Shown piece by piece: positions 27,716 to 40,253 of a stretch of 64,000 nt of DNA (positions within the stretch are counted from its first letter, which is position 1; each line of letters begins with the position of its first letter). Location of the stretch: assembly GCF_018977255.1 (NCBI RefSeq), contig NW_024704742.1, positions 682,001 through 746,000 of the forward strand, in the 5' to 3' direction. The translations under genes were made by a program, and so were the position numbers. This DNA comes from Callorhinchus milii (taxonomy: Eukaryota). The notes beneath the pieces are model-generated. The model had not been told where the DNA came from. It did not search any database and saw only the letters and a list, made by a program, of their open reading frames with translations.

Positions 27716-28070
27716 GAGTCCTGTAGCGTGTTGGTTACAGCACTCGCCAGGAAAGCGAGAGGACCTGTGTTCGATTCTCGTGCGAGACAAAACATTAGAC
27801 AAGATTCCTTATTCCAGACCCCTCTTGTGACCTGCAGTAAGTGGGAACCTGGTTGTTTGTCAGTTGGCAGGCTGCTTTTCCAGGGGTAATAATCCCTTCC
27901 AAGTAAATAAATAGATTGATTAATTTTTTTAAAAAAAGCATTTTGGGTCACTCAGTTCACGACACTTTGTGGGAAACCGCTGTGCGCAGTCGGCCGCCGC
28001 ATTTCGCCCAGAAAATGCAGTCATTTCGCTTTACAGATTACTTTGTGAAGCGCTTTGAGACGTTTCGAAG
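27716..28070 (+). mobile_element. SINE family A copy whose tail is truncated by a CA array
   Basis: Head gagtcctgtagcgtgttggttacagcactcgcc; continues through the body to gagacgtttcgaaga, then the CA repeat begins. Confidence 0.85.
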
Positions 28071-28164
28071 ACACACACACACACAGCACACCACTCACAC
28101 AACACACACACACACAACACACAACACACACAACACACCACACACACACACACACACACACACA

Positions 28165-28226
<62 letters not shown>

Positions 28227-28497
28227 ACACCACACACACCACAACACACACACAGCACACCACTCACACAACACACACAACACACACACACAACACACCA
28301 CTCACACACACACACCACCTACACACACAACACACCACTCACACAACACACACAACACACACACACCACCACCACACACACACCACACACCACCACACAC
28401 ACCACTCACCACACCACCACACACCACTCACACACTCACACAACACACACCACACACACACACCACCCACACACACACACACAACACACACACACAC
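28071..28497. repeat. Complex CA-rich microsatellite (about 430 bp)
   Basis: (CA)n interrupted by CAA, CACCA and CACT units. Confidence 0.97.
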
Positions 28498-31074
28498 AGC
28501 CTTCTACATGTCCCTCGTCCCCTCTGTTCCACATTGACAGCGTTGCTTTCAGTCGCTTCACCCTGAAACTCCGGAACTCTGTGCCTCAAATGCTTCCACT
28601 TGACCCCTCCTTTACCCGTCTTCAGATCACAGCTGAAGACCTTCCTGTTTAACAATGGCTACGGTTGTCTGTCCTCTCTCACCCGCTTGGTGTCAGTCAG
28701 TGTCACTGTTGAGCGCTCTGAGACGCTTACCCTGGCGCTGGATAAATGCCAGCTGTTGTTGTTGTTGCTGAAGCTGAGCTGCAGCTGTTCCCTTTGGTGT
28801 GAGGCCGGCGTGCGTAAGAAAAGCCGCGGCTAACAGACCTTAACGTACGGTGGAGTTCGAAAAGCCCCCAAACTGCAAAGTTGTCACTTCGCGCCATAAG
28901 AGGCGACTTACAGCGTGAGCCGCACTTTCTACGGAGAGTCGCTCTCCCTGACTCTCGAGGCCTCGGCTCCGGTCAGAGCTAAAGTCTCGCGAGTCATTGG
29001 GTTTCGAGGAAAATGCAGTTTGTTACCGGATGCTTTTTGCAGCACGAGATGCCGTTTAGAGCGTTGTTATTTCAACCCCACTGTGAACTTTTGAGTGGTG
29101 TTTTCGGACGTGCTGCAGTCAACTATTCACTGAGAATCCTTTTCCAGCTCGCAAGGAGATTAGGATAACTGTTGAATCGATTCCCCCCAAGCCGATGTCG
29201 GAAGTGCCTTGTTTTCTGAAATAACGTGGAGTCATCAAGTGGCTGTATCACGCCGTACCATCCGTTTTAATATATATTTCCGCGCACTAAATATAATCCT
29301 TGCATTTGACGTAGCGCCCTATCGCGTCCTCGAGACATCTCAAAGCACTTCACGGGGACAATACTCTCGCGCACAAAAAGACACACGCTCGCACACACAG
29401 AAGCACACTCGCATGCATGCGCACCCACACGCAGAGACTCAAAAGAGACACAAACACACACACACACACACACATACACAGACTCGCAGAAAGAAATGCT
29501 TGACAAATTCTATGGTAAAGTGAATTCACTGTGTATTTTGTGAGGGGAAACTCGGCAGCCAGTTGCACACAGCGGTGAGCGACCCACAAACAGTCGGGGT
29601 TTGAGTGACCACATTATTAAAATAATAATAATTGTATTGTTAACATCATTTATCTTGCTTAGTATTGCTCCGTGTTGTCAGTCATTTTGAGAGCTATTTA
29701 CCAGGGGCCTCGTGTGGCTCCTATTTTTTGCTCTGTCGGTTAATTTTGCGGCAATATATATTCCCGCAAATCTAGAAGGTGACTTATATACCTCGTCGGG
29801 TCTGTTTAGAGACCTGAGTGGGGACCCAATTTGACAATCGGCCGCTGACGTCAAGGGCAGAGATGATGTTTTTAATCAGTGGGCAAGCTTTCAGGCACTT
29901 TACAACTGCGGATGCTCTCCATCTCACTCCCTCCCTCCGCTTTCAGACCCTGTTTTAAACGAACAACCTGTTTGACGGCCCTTTTGGCCATCTCCTCTCT
30001 GCCCGTCACTCATGCTCCTCATGCTCTCGCTCCATCTCTGTGTCTTGGGACTTTCTTCTACGTGAAAGGTGCCATATCAGTGCGTGTTGTTGATGGTTTC
30101 CGTATATCTCACTCGCCCTTTCTGGGAGAAATTCCAAAACTTATCATTCCAATGTGGGAGGCAGGCTTGGGGAACCCATGCTCCCTGACACCTTGGCACC
30201 TACACAAGAGGAGGGGAGAAAATTGGCAACAACAACAACAACAAAAAATAAAGTCCTTTCTTCCAATAACTTCAGTACATTGGAGGCTCGACTTTTTTGC
30301 TGAAAGTGAAGGTACGAGGGAGGAGTGGTTGCACTTTGCCGAGTGCCGTTGTTTCTGCGGCGTTTTGGTTCGCGGAGGTGCACGTTTTAGGTTGCCGGTT
30401 CGGAAAATTTATTCTAAAGAGAAATGTCCCACTACATGCCGTTAGCGCTGGGCTTGAGTGGCTTTAATGCTTGAGGACGATGTATACCATTTCCTGCCAT
30501 TAACGAAGGAGAGCCGAATACCGTGGAAAGCCCTGAACTGCCAAGCCATATTTCACCAGGACCAGCCAGCGGAGGAAATAAAGCAGCATGACAGTTAATT
30601 ACGATCATGGCAGCAGAATTGAATAGATCGAGTTGGCAGGAGTGCCTCGCTGACAGTTTTCTGCTGTGCAGCCCTGACAGGAATGTCAGACTCAATAATG
30701 CCTTGCAGCCTAAGTGAGCAGCATGACTCCTGGCTGTGTGTGGGGGAGTCTGCTGGATTTCAAAACTCTTGGTATTTCAGGATCTCTTGCCACGCTAGGG
30801 CTGCTGTAGGCTTTAATACTGAGGAACAACGTTTTTCAGAAGGGCACAAAAAGTACAGTTTCCTGCCCTAATCCTGTAATGACTGGTTGTGTCCGAGTTG
30901 AAACAGTATTGTGCCACAACACGGAGACAATATGAAATAGTTTCAAAACAAACACACGCAAATGCACGCACTCTCTCTCTCTCTCGCGCACGCACACTTG
31001 ATTGAAGGAACTGTGTGAATGCATTCCATTGGATTGCGGATCGGTAACACGCAAGAAGGGCCTAAAACACTTCC

Positions 31075-31345
31075 TTATAGTGGTTTACACGGGATTGGAA
31101 AGGTGAACCCAGAACAATACTTTAGGATGCAACAAGACAGTAGAGCAAGAGGAAGCAGGTTGAGAGTTGCGAAAGGAAATATCAGGACAGACTTCAGGAG
31201 GTTTTTCTTTACCCTGAAGGTAATTAATGAAGTTGTGAGGAACAGTGGTGGAGGCCAGGACACTGGACTCATTTGAAATACCCCTTGATGCTGTGATGGG
31301 AGGATGGGATGGTGGGTATTCTTGAAGGATGAGATCAGATGAGTC
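31075..31345 (+). mobile_element. CR1 LINE 3' end fragment
   Basis: Peptide GIGKVNPEQYFRMQQDSRARGSRLRVAKGNIRTDFRRFFFTLKVIN resembles the CR1 ORF2 C-terminus. Related pieces at about 6820-6915 and 8320-8520. Confidence 0.8.
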
Positions 31346-31786
31346 TTCTTCATGCAAAACCATTTTGTCATTATGCGACATTGGTGTTAGCAAGACGCAA
31401 ATAGTGACACTTGCTGGAACCCTGGTGTGCAACATCAAATGCAAGGATTATTATTATTAATTAATTATTATGCGTGCCACACCAATCCACTCTGACACAA
31501 TCTACGCCCCATTTAAATGTTTTGAGGGAAGAAGATTGTTTTTCTGTTTGACTGGGGATTATAAGAGCTTTATTTTAGAGTTGACATCAAGACCAAGTCT
31601 GCAATGAAGTGAAAAGGTGGAGTTGCCCTGTGGGATCCCAGATCAACTCAACAGAAAATATCAAAGTCAACATGAAGCCGGTCACTGTCTGTCCAGTGAT
31701 GCAATTTGGGTTCCAGTTTCGGAAAACCAACAGCCTCATTTCTTTTCTTTTTAAAACCTGCTTATTTTCCTGCCAATGTTCTTTAA

Positions 31787-32205
31787 GTCATCCTGGCTTC
31801 GGTTGATAGCACTCTTTCCTCTGAGTCTGAAGATTGTGGGTTCAAGCCCCACATCGGGACTTTGAACATATGCTGACTCTCCAATGCAGTGCGCTGGGGT
31901 GTTGGAGATGTTGTCCTTCAGATGAAGTCGTTAAACCGAGGCTCTGTCGTGCCTGTTCAGGTGGGCATTAAAGATCCCATGGTCCTGTTCAAAAAGAGAA
32001 AGTCTTCCCCCTCCACCCCCACCAGGTATCCTAGTCACAATTGCTCATTAATTTTATGGCTGTTTTGGGACATTGCTGTGCACAAATTGGCTGCTATGTT
32101 TGCCGATAGCCTACACAGTCACTCCAGTTTACAATAAATCCTGTGAAGCGCTCTGAGATGTCCTCCCGATGTTAAAGGCGCAATATCAAATGCGAGGATT
32201 ATTTA
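31787..32205 (+). mobile_element. Deu-domain tRNA SINE (family B, SacSINE1/AmnSINE-like), near full length
   Basis: tRNA-like head (gggttcaagcccc); Deu-type core ccttcagatgaagtcgttaaaccgagg...ttaaagatcccatgg; same 3' half and tail as family A. Confidence 0.75.
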
Positions 32206-33449
32206 TCATTTATAAATGGACTTGTAAAGCTGTCTTGAAACAATTGTGGGCATTGGAGTGTTCCTAGAACAAGACATGACTGCTTTCGAAAATTACAGTA
32301 AAGTGCAGTAATAGGGATGGTAACAGGGATTCAGGTCAGAGACCATCTCTATTGATTTTTGTTTCAAAGAAATTTCAACCTGGAACTGCTGAGGCAACCT
32401 GGTAAATAGAAACATTGGAAATTAGATTTTAGGGAGAAAAATACATTGATCTGAAAAAACACCTGCAAAAAATAGACTGTTTCATCAGCAGCTTAATACT
32501 TTGTCTTTCTAGAGGCTTTCATTATCTAACCAAAATTGGACACAGTTCAGTGATTGTGGACTTCAAGTGTGTTTTGTGAACCTAAGTTGTAGTCAGAGAT
32601 TCCACCTGTCTTAAATGGCTGTTGTTTACGGTTTAGCTCAAATCTGGCAGAAAATACCTTCCCTTTCCTCTCTCTGAAAGGATTTATGAGGCAGTGCAGT
32701 GATGGACTGGACAGGATTTTGTGCACGTTTCCTGGAGTTTCCTTTGAAACTCATGCGTCTCATACCGCATACTTCTATAAAATTTATGCCACTGCTATAA
32801 ATCCTTCCAAATTGGTTAGCCAGCTGCTGTCACTGAAGTATTTCTCACTCAGCCTCTCTCATCCCCTCCAACCCAACAAAAAGTGATGAGAAGCATGAAG
32901 GAAAGGTTTTTGTTAGGGCCAATGACTTTGACATATATCACTGGATGCTGTTTCCTCTTCTCCCACATGCAACCAATTTAGGAACGCACGACATTGAGTG
33001 ATGGAGCCCTCCAAATATTCCGGGAGACGCAAGGTGTCAGCTTTACCTGATGTGGAGGATTCCGACACTTTATATCCTAAATTTTCGCAGCTAATTTTTC
33101 TGTTGTAGTTTGTGATTTGGGTTTCCTGTTCGGACCCTATTTAGAGGTTGTTTCGTGCAGTTATTATAGAACGGATGTGCTGGAGTGACAATGTGCATAG
33201 GGTATCCTTCAGATAGCATCTGTTGCACAGATTGGAAATCTGTCTTTTGCTGTTTTATAGAAGACGTTATTCACCAACACTGAGGGGACGCAGCTAGAGA
33301 TCTCGCTCCCTCCCCTCTACAGTGTAGTGGAAAAAGCACTCTGCTTGCTTCATTATTGTATGGACTTTGACGAAAGAGCCTCTGACCTANTTTTTTTGAT
33401 GAGCTGTTTTTTCTAACACAGGAGGACGGACACTCGTCGCCCTGCTCGT

Positions 33450-34082
33450 GATTATCCAAAAATCAAACTACTGAGAGTTCCACCTTCACATGGAAATTTC
33501 CCGGTGGGAATGCACTCGTATCCCGTATCTCCAGAGAAATGCACTCTGCTCACCTAAACCTGGAAAGTATTAGGTGCAGTTTCGCGAGAGCCAAGGCTTA
33601 GATACCCAGAGTGTGCCAGGTACTGCTGGAGTCTAACCAGCTAAACCTGTGCTTGCTTCATTATCGTATAGACTGGTTATGGTGATGATAAGCTTCCTTC
33701 TGTTTTGTACAGCTAGGACCCTACCGTTAAGAGTTTGACTTGTAAGGTTAAAGGAGCTGAATGGAAAGAAACCTAGTGATAGGTGGTCCTAGCTGAACAA
33801 GCACCAGGAAGTTTTCCAGAGTTCTCATTGGTTCTAATGTGCTCAATTATAGTTAGTTAAACACCAGCAGTACCCCAACACACACATTGCAATCCCTAAG
33901 CCTCAGCTCTTGCCTTCTAAATGTAAAGTCTCCAGGACTGGGTGGTGGACACGACTTGCTAGACAAAAAGAAACCCTAGAAGACGTGTGGAACTCTCAAT
34001 AGTTTGGTTTAGAGACTAAACACGGGGCTGGGTTTTGGTGCACGTCACGACACCTGGCTAACCAAAATAAGTTTTGCATTTC
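33450..34082. mobile_element. Foldback (long inverted-arm) non-autonomous element, unclassified. Partial copies at about 1660-1750, 8670-8775, 42627-43030, 47735-48095 and 53850-54240
   Basis: Nested inverted matches: 33464-33483 / 33987-34006 (19 of 20), 33619-33629 / 33864-33874 (11 of 11), 33710-33720 / 33785-33795 (11 of 11). Confidence 0.75.
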
Positions 34083-36055
34083 AGTCTGACACCTTAATGA
34101 ATGTTTGCTTGATGATAAAGCTCGAAAGACTGGATTTTACTGGCAAAAGACATCCAACCTCCACTTGTATTCAAAATTTGTTCTGGACCCTTCCTGTTCG
34201 ATTTGGTAAGGACCCTCCCCTGTCTGCCTGCAACACAAGAGTGCTTCTGAAATGTTTCTGTCAGCAAGCTCCTTCCTTTCCTGTGAATCTTAACATTGAG
34301 TCACTCAACCACGATCTCTGAGGTGACTAACTAGAAATTGCAGCAAAACATTGTGAAACTGGCAGCTGTTGATCTCTCTTCTTTTGAGTAGGTCCAGAGA
34401 TTAATCGGGCGTAAAAGTGTCGGGACGTCACATATTTCCTGTCTGGGAATCTTTGTTTGGTTGGAGGTTTTTTTTTGTCTCTTATTCTTCTGTTAAAAAT
34501 AAAGGAAAAGACTCTCCAGACTTTTTCTTTGCATTTTAATTGAAAGCTGTTCTGACTGAGCGCAGCCCAACACGGTTTAAGTTTAATGTATGTATGTGGT
34601 ATCTACCCTACAGAGAGTTGCCTGCGCTAAACTGCTTGTAATTTGTACATTAATGCGGAGAGCAACACCATCTGTGTTGCCTCCAGTGGGCTTCTAACAT
34701 CTCCTTACGATTGAAAACTCAATAACAAAGTGCTCAGTGTAATTGGTAACCGCTATTTAGTGCTGTTCAATGATGAATTGCGCTCAGGGATTACTTAACA
34801 TTCATCTCTCTCGGAAACGAATCCCATTATGTCGGGTGTAAGTGCTGGCAGATCAGCCAATTCAGCACCAACGTTGTCAGAAGGTTAATTTGGGATGTCA
34901 GTCACGAGTGTCGTGGTGCTACTGTGGTTTACAGTCTTTTATGCCGGGACATTTTCAGGGAATATTTCTTAGGATTTGGAGTCCCGTTGGAAAGTCAAGT
35001 CAGTGATTGACGTAGGTTGTCCATCAGTTAGCTACAAGTGGCACCTGAGAAGCAACAAAAGAAACAATTGAGGGTTACCGGGAAAGAGGTAGAAATGGGG
35101 ATTAATAAAACAAAAAGGCAACTTTGGTTTTCAACAGGTAGCAGTGCCACAGATGTGATGGGCTGAATGGCCTCCTTCTGTACTGCAGTACTTGTGCTGA
35201 GTTAGCCAGGGCTAAACTTGGGTTTCTATAGGGTCTTTCATGAATGTCTTGGAGCCACTTCACAGAGACGAAAGGGAGCGCCAAGCAGGAGGGAGGATTG
35301 AAGGTTGTTGACCAACCGAAGGTGGCACTGCCAGTCAAAGAGAGAGGAGAGAGGGATTTGTGAAGGCAGAGAAAGAATAACTTGAAGTGGTTTTAGAGAG
35401 AGAGTTCCAAAGATCCAAAGACTTGCCCACCATTAGTGGGATGGAAAGAGTGAGGAAGGACCCCAACTCTTCTCTTGGCCAACATTGCTGCCCTACTTCA
35501 CATCCCCCACCCCACCATCAGACAAGCTATTTATTAGCCACTTTGCCCCAGCTTTTAGAATTCTCTCCCAAAATCCCTCTTCCCTCCCTTCTCTGCTTTC
35601 AAAATCCATCTCAAAAGCCTAAATTTTTGACTATTATTTAAAGAGAAATGAGTATCTTCACTGTCCAGGGTAACAGTCTTCCAAATAAAATTGGTTGTCG
35701 GACATTGCTTTGTGTGGGTTGGCTACCACGTTCACCGATAGAATACGCACAATCACTACGCTCTACAGTAAATCTTGCAAAGCCCTTTGAGATTCTTCGA
35801 CAATGCAATAAGGCGCTATATCAAATGCAAGGATTATTATGTTACCCATCCCTAGTTGCCCTGAAAAGGTGGTGATGGTTGGTGGGGGGAGTGGGGAGGG
35901 AGAGAGGCTGTAGTGAGGCTAAATTTGCTGTGGTGCTTTCACAATGGACCAGCTTCACATAGCCAATAGTGAGGACCACCAGGTTGTGTCTTGTGCAAGT
36001 TGTTGGTGTTGCGTTGTGAAGAAGGCTCCCCGTGGGTTTGAGGAAAACATTGTAA

Positions 36056-36211
<156 letters not shown>

Positions 36212-39200
36212 TGATTGGTTTGGATGTTTTCTGCACTGAGCGTGTTTATGCTCTGACTGTTTAGCGCTGCGAGGCCCTACCCCACGTGAAGGGTGCTGGA
36301 TAAATGTCAGCTGTTGCTTTTGTGGTTGACATTCTTGGTAAATTGGCATATCGTGATCTGTTTGTCACGTGGACTGAGTACAGGACAGTGCAGTGCACCA
36401 GAAAAATCTCCTTGATTTGCTTGGTGTTTGTTGTCCGCGTGTGGCTAACAAAGCATGAACACACAGACATACACCATCGAGATTTGTCAGCAGTTTTTCT
36501 TGAACGCTCAGATGGTTTCTGCACATATTCTGTAATATCCTTCAGTTCGGTTCCTTTATCTTCCGAGGCATCCTGCCATAGAGGAGCAATGCATTAGTCT
36601 CCTTTATAATACTTTCTGCTGACAATGTGACCTCTGCTAACAAGGCACAATTTCATGACTGCTTCACTAATTGAGACTCCAAAACACTCCCTCTCCTTTA
36701 TCATGCTTCCAGTATAGCTGCTAATGAGAGGGTAATAAAGAGAGCATCTGCGGCACCTAGGGCTGAGCTGTCCTTGAAGCAGTATGTTGGTATGTAGGTG
36801 CCCAGTTGAACCAGTGCTGTTATCTGGAATGACACGTGTGGCTCATTCGTGCTGCGCTGAAGGAACTTTGCAATAAATTCCACCTTGGAGAGGGCGAAGA
36901 GGGCAGAAACCATTGCAATGATGATATTTCCAATTCGTCCATCTCTGGGTTAATGAAGATGAGTATCCCAGAACTATAACTGCCCGATTACCTCTTGCTC
37001 GGTGCCAACAAACACTCTTGTGGCTGGATAGTGAAGTCTGCTCTTGGCTTATCCCGCACTTGTGCTCAGCTGATATCACTCTTGCCTTTGTGTCAAAGGC
37101 TAGCGAGTTTAAGCTCCAGGCCAGTCCTTTGAAATTGTATTTTAGGCTGATGCTCTAATCCAGCGTTGGGGGAGCCCTGCTTTGTCGGAGGGGCCATCCC
37201 TTGGATGAGCCGTTAAACCGAGATCACGTTCTGTGCTTTCCCCTGTTATAATGCCAATGGTGCAACAAGCTCACAGAAGAGAAGCTAAATTATTGCTGCG
37301 TCAAAAAGCATTGTTAACTTCTAAAGCAGCATCAAATGCCCTTAAGGGAAGCCTAAATTTTGTGCCGAACTGCAGACCCTCTTCACTACTCAGTCCCACG
37401 GTCCCTTTGCCTCGCTTCCTCCCTCGCCTCCTTCAAGGCCGGTCTCAAAACCCATCTCTTTGACCGTGCCTTTGGTCTCCCTCCCACCTCTCTGCCTTCC
37501 CTCACCCCTACCCCACCCCTCCCCAACCTCGGGCCCCGACACCTGACTGTTCAGCGCTTTGGGACGTCCTCCTGATGTGAAAGGTGCTCTATAAATGTAA
37601 TTTTGTTGTTGTTGTGTTGTCGTGTAGCAGATATGGTGAAAACACTTGGCTCTTGGCCTCAGCCAGGCAATAATGCCAAGAAGTAAGAACTGCAAAGGCC
37701 AATGTTTTAAGCCTTCCTTAAGTCGTTTGGATTGCTTTGTTTTGTGTGTGTGTTAGTGAAGGATAAGCAAACGATGGGTTTGAAAAGCACTTGAACAGGA
37801 AAGCGACAGTGGAAATGGTACCACACGCCAGAAAAAAAGCACCTCACAATGCAAACTGCATCTCCTGAGGGAATGTGAGCGGGTGTGGGGTGGCAGAGAG
37901 AACAAAGGTTTTAAATATATATAGGACAACCCTTTTATAACACAGTGGTTTGGGTATGTAAACATAGACTCAAAGCTAGAAGGAGGCACGCTGCAAAGCA
38001 GTTTGTCAGGTAATTTCTGACCCCACTTCCTGTGTTACATGAAGGAAATGCTTCTGATGTCACTTTGTTTGCAAAGTAAAGTTAGTGGGTACTTCCCCAG
38101 GCCACAGGACACCTGTGTGTCTTAATATAATATAATATAATATAATCCTTGCATTTGATATAGCGCCTTATCACGTCATTGAGATGTCTCAAAGCGCTTC
38201 ACAAAATCTAATATAAAGTGAATTGACTGAATATTTTGTGGGTGAAACGCGGCAGCCAATTGCGCACAGCAGCGTCCTCACAAACAGTCGTGGATTGAGT
38301 GACCAAATTATTATTATTATTATTTTAAAAAAAGGAGGCCATTAAGCCCATTGTATCTGCAATAGTGATGGCTCTCTCACTGGAACCATTACGTGAATCC
38401 TATTTCCCTTCCCACCGTGTGGAGATGTGGTGGAAAGATAGAAAAAAATATCAAAGTTGTCAAAGAAGCAAATGCATCAACAGATGCAGATCAGTTCAAT
38501 TTCAGACTTGGATGTTGTGTTGAGATTCAGTCTTCTTTCCAAAGGGCCTTAGAAAGCTGTAGAAGCTAAGACCCCTGTGATGATCTGCAGTGTGACTGCA
38601 ATCTGACTCCACACGTTGTGACAAAATGCTTTTTAAAGCAAAACATGTTTGCTGGGTTTAAAATGGGGCAATGCAGCCCTGAGACACAGCGCCTGAAATC
38701 TGATGAGTCTACAGTAGAGGGCATCCCAATTAAACACAGGCTACATCCAACACGAAGGCTTGCCAAAGGCTGGATCCATCCATCCACTGCTGCCAGAACA
38801 CAGCTTCCTGGAGTTGCTCTTAAAATCAGATTTAGTAGACGGATGTTCAATCCTGTGTGCACTTGAACAGTATTTGCAGTGAATTTGAGGAGTCGGGCAT
38901 CAAGAACGTATTGGAGAGTAAGGGTCCTACAGGAGTTTGTGTTCCTATCTGCCAACGCTGCAAGTGCAATTACCCAGTCTTTTTTTTGAAAATAGTCTTT
39001 TTTTTTCGTGTCCAATTTTCTCCCACTGCTCCTGAAGGCACTGGCTCCTGCTGAGATATTTGTTCCACAGGCGCCAGCCACCCTCCGGGTTCCACATCCG
39101 CGTGGCCATTCTTCACGCCTGAGCCCAGACTGGGAGAGTGTCGACAGGCTATTCGACAGCAGAGAGCATCGTAGCCCAGCCTGAGCCTTGTATCCACACG

Positions 39201-39479
39201 CACACACGCACATACATACACACACACACGTGTAGTTTGCATTGCGGAGAGGTGGTTGCGGGTGGGGTAGGGTGGGAGGGTTTGCTTGACAGAACGCTCC
39301 TGTTTATGAGCACCAGAATATTTTTTAAAGTCCTCCTTGTGTTTTAAGTATCTCTCGGTGGTATTTTGTCTGTGCTGGGATTAAAAGCAGTGCATTTTTC
39401 TGGATACGCGCACACACGTATACCTGCAGATCCATGTTTATTGAGCATGTCTGCACGTGGGCACATTTACAGATTGGTT

Positions 39480-39830
39480 CTTATAAAACGAAATAGAGCA
39501 GTAAATCTTCGCTAGCTTTTAGCCTCGAGCTTCAGTGCAATCAAATGGCGGGGACAGTTTGAGACTTTTTTGGCAACTCTTTCAGTTCTGTTCTCTAAAT
39601 AAGCAAAGCATGTCAGGCCGTGCCCTTTTTATTTGGGAAATGTGCCATCAGCCTGGAGAGATAAAAATCTAGTATTTTTTATTTAATTTTACCCTGCATA
39701 ATTAATTGTTATGCAGGGCTTCACAATAGCTACATTCATAAAGGAACAAAATCTGACCTTGTTCAAGGTCATTTCAGTATTTTTTTGATGCAAATGAATG
39801 ATCCCTTATTGCTAAATGTTTTCTTTTTTA
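39480..39830. promoter_or_regulatory. Candidate intronic enhancer / conserved non-coding element
   Basis: Repeat-free block with palindrome CCCTGCATAA-N7-TTATGCAGGG, everted nuclear-receptor element TGACCTTGTTCAAGGTCA, and octamer ATGCAAAT. Confidence 0.45.
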
Positions 39831-40073
39831 GATGTTCTCTTTCCCTTGCCAATTTTCATTCTCTCCCTCCTCTCCTGGATGCGATTGACTCCTTTCTTCC
39901 CTTCCATTAGGGGGTATGTGGGTTCACGGATGTCGGTTGCCCTGCAGCAATTAACTCAAGAGCTTGTTCTCAATGAGTGCCCCTTAAAAGTTTCAGCAGA
40001 GTATTCGATCCTGGGGGAGAGAGGGTAGCAACTGAGACTGATTCAGTCTTCCTCCTCCTCCCATTGTCCTTAT

Positions 40074-40253
40074 CAGTGGTGGCCAACCTCTTTGGACATC
40101 TTATACATATTATTTGGTTGGTCAGTCTTTTTGGTTGGCTGACAAAATAATCATAGAAATAACAAGATAGCTTACATTTACGCCGTAAATCAAGAAGTAT
40201 TCAATCAAGAAACGTTCACTTTACCGGCCAAAGAAATAGGTTGGCCTCCAACA
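40074..40253. mobile_element. hAT-like MITE remnant
   Basis: Left end cagtggtggccaacct; right end aggttggcctccaaca (degenerate inverted copy). No 8-bp target duplication confirmed. Confidence 0.4.

Noticed and set aside
27916..28566. His/Thr-rich and Cys/Val-rich ORFs (also at 61832-62430)
   Set aside because: They are translations of CA/TG microsatellites.
38566..39225. 219-codon minus-strand ORF
   Set aside because: Starts in a GT repeat, has no recognisable domain and no exon-like signals.
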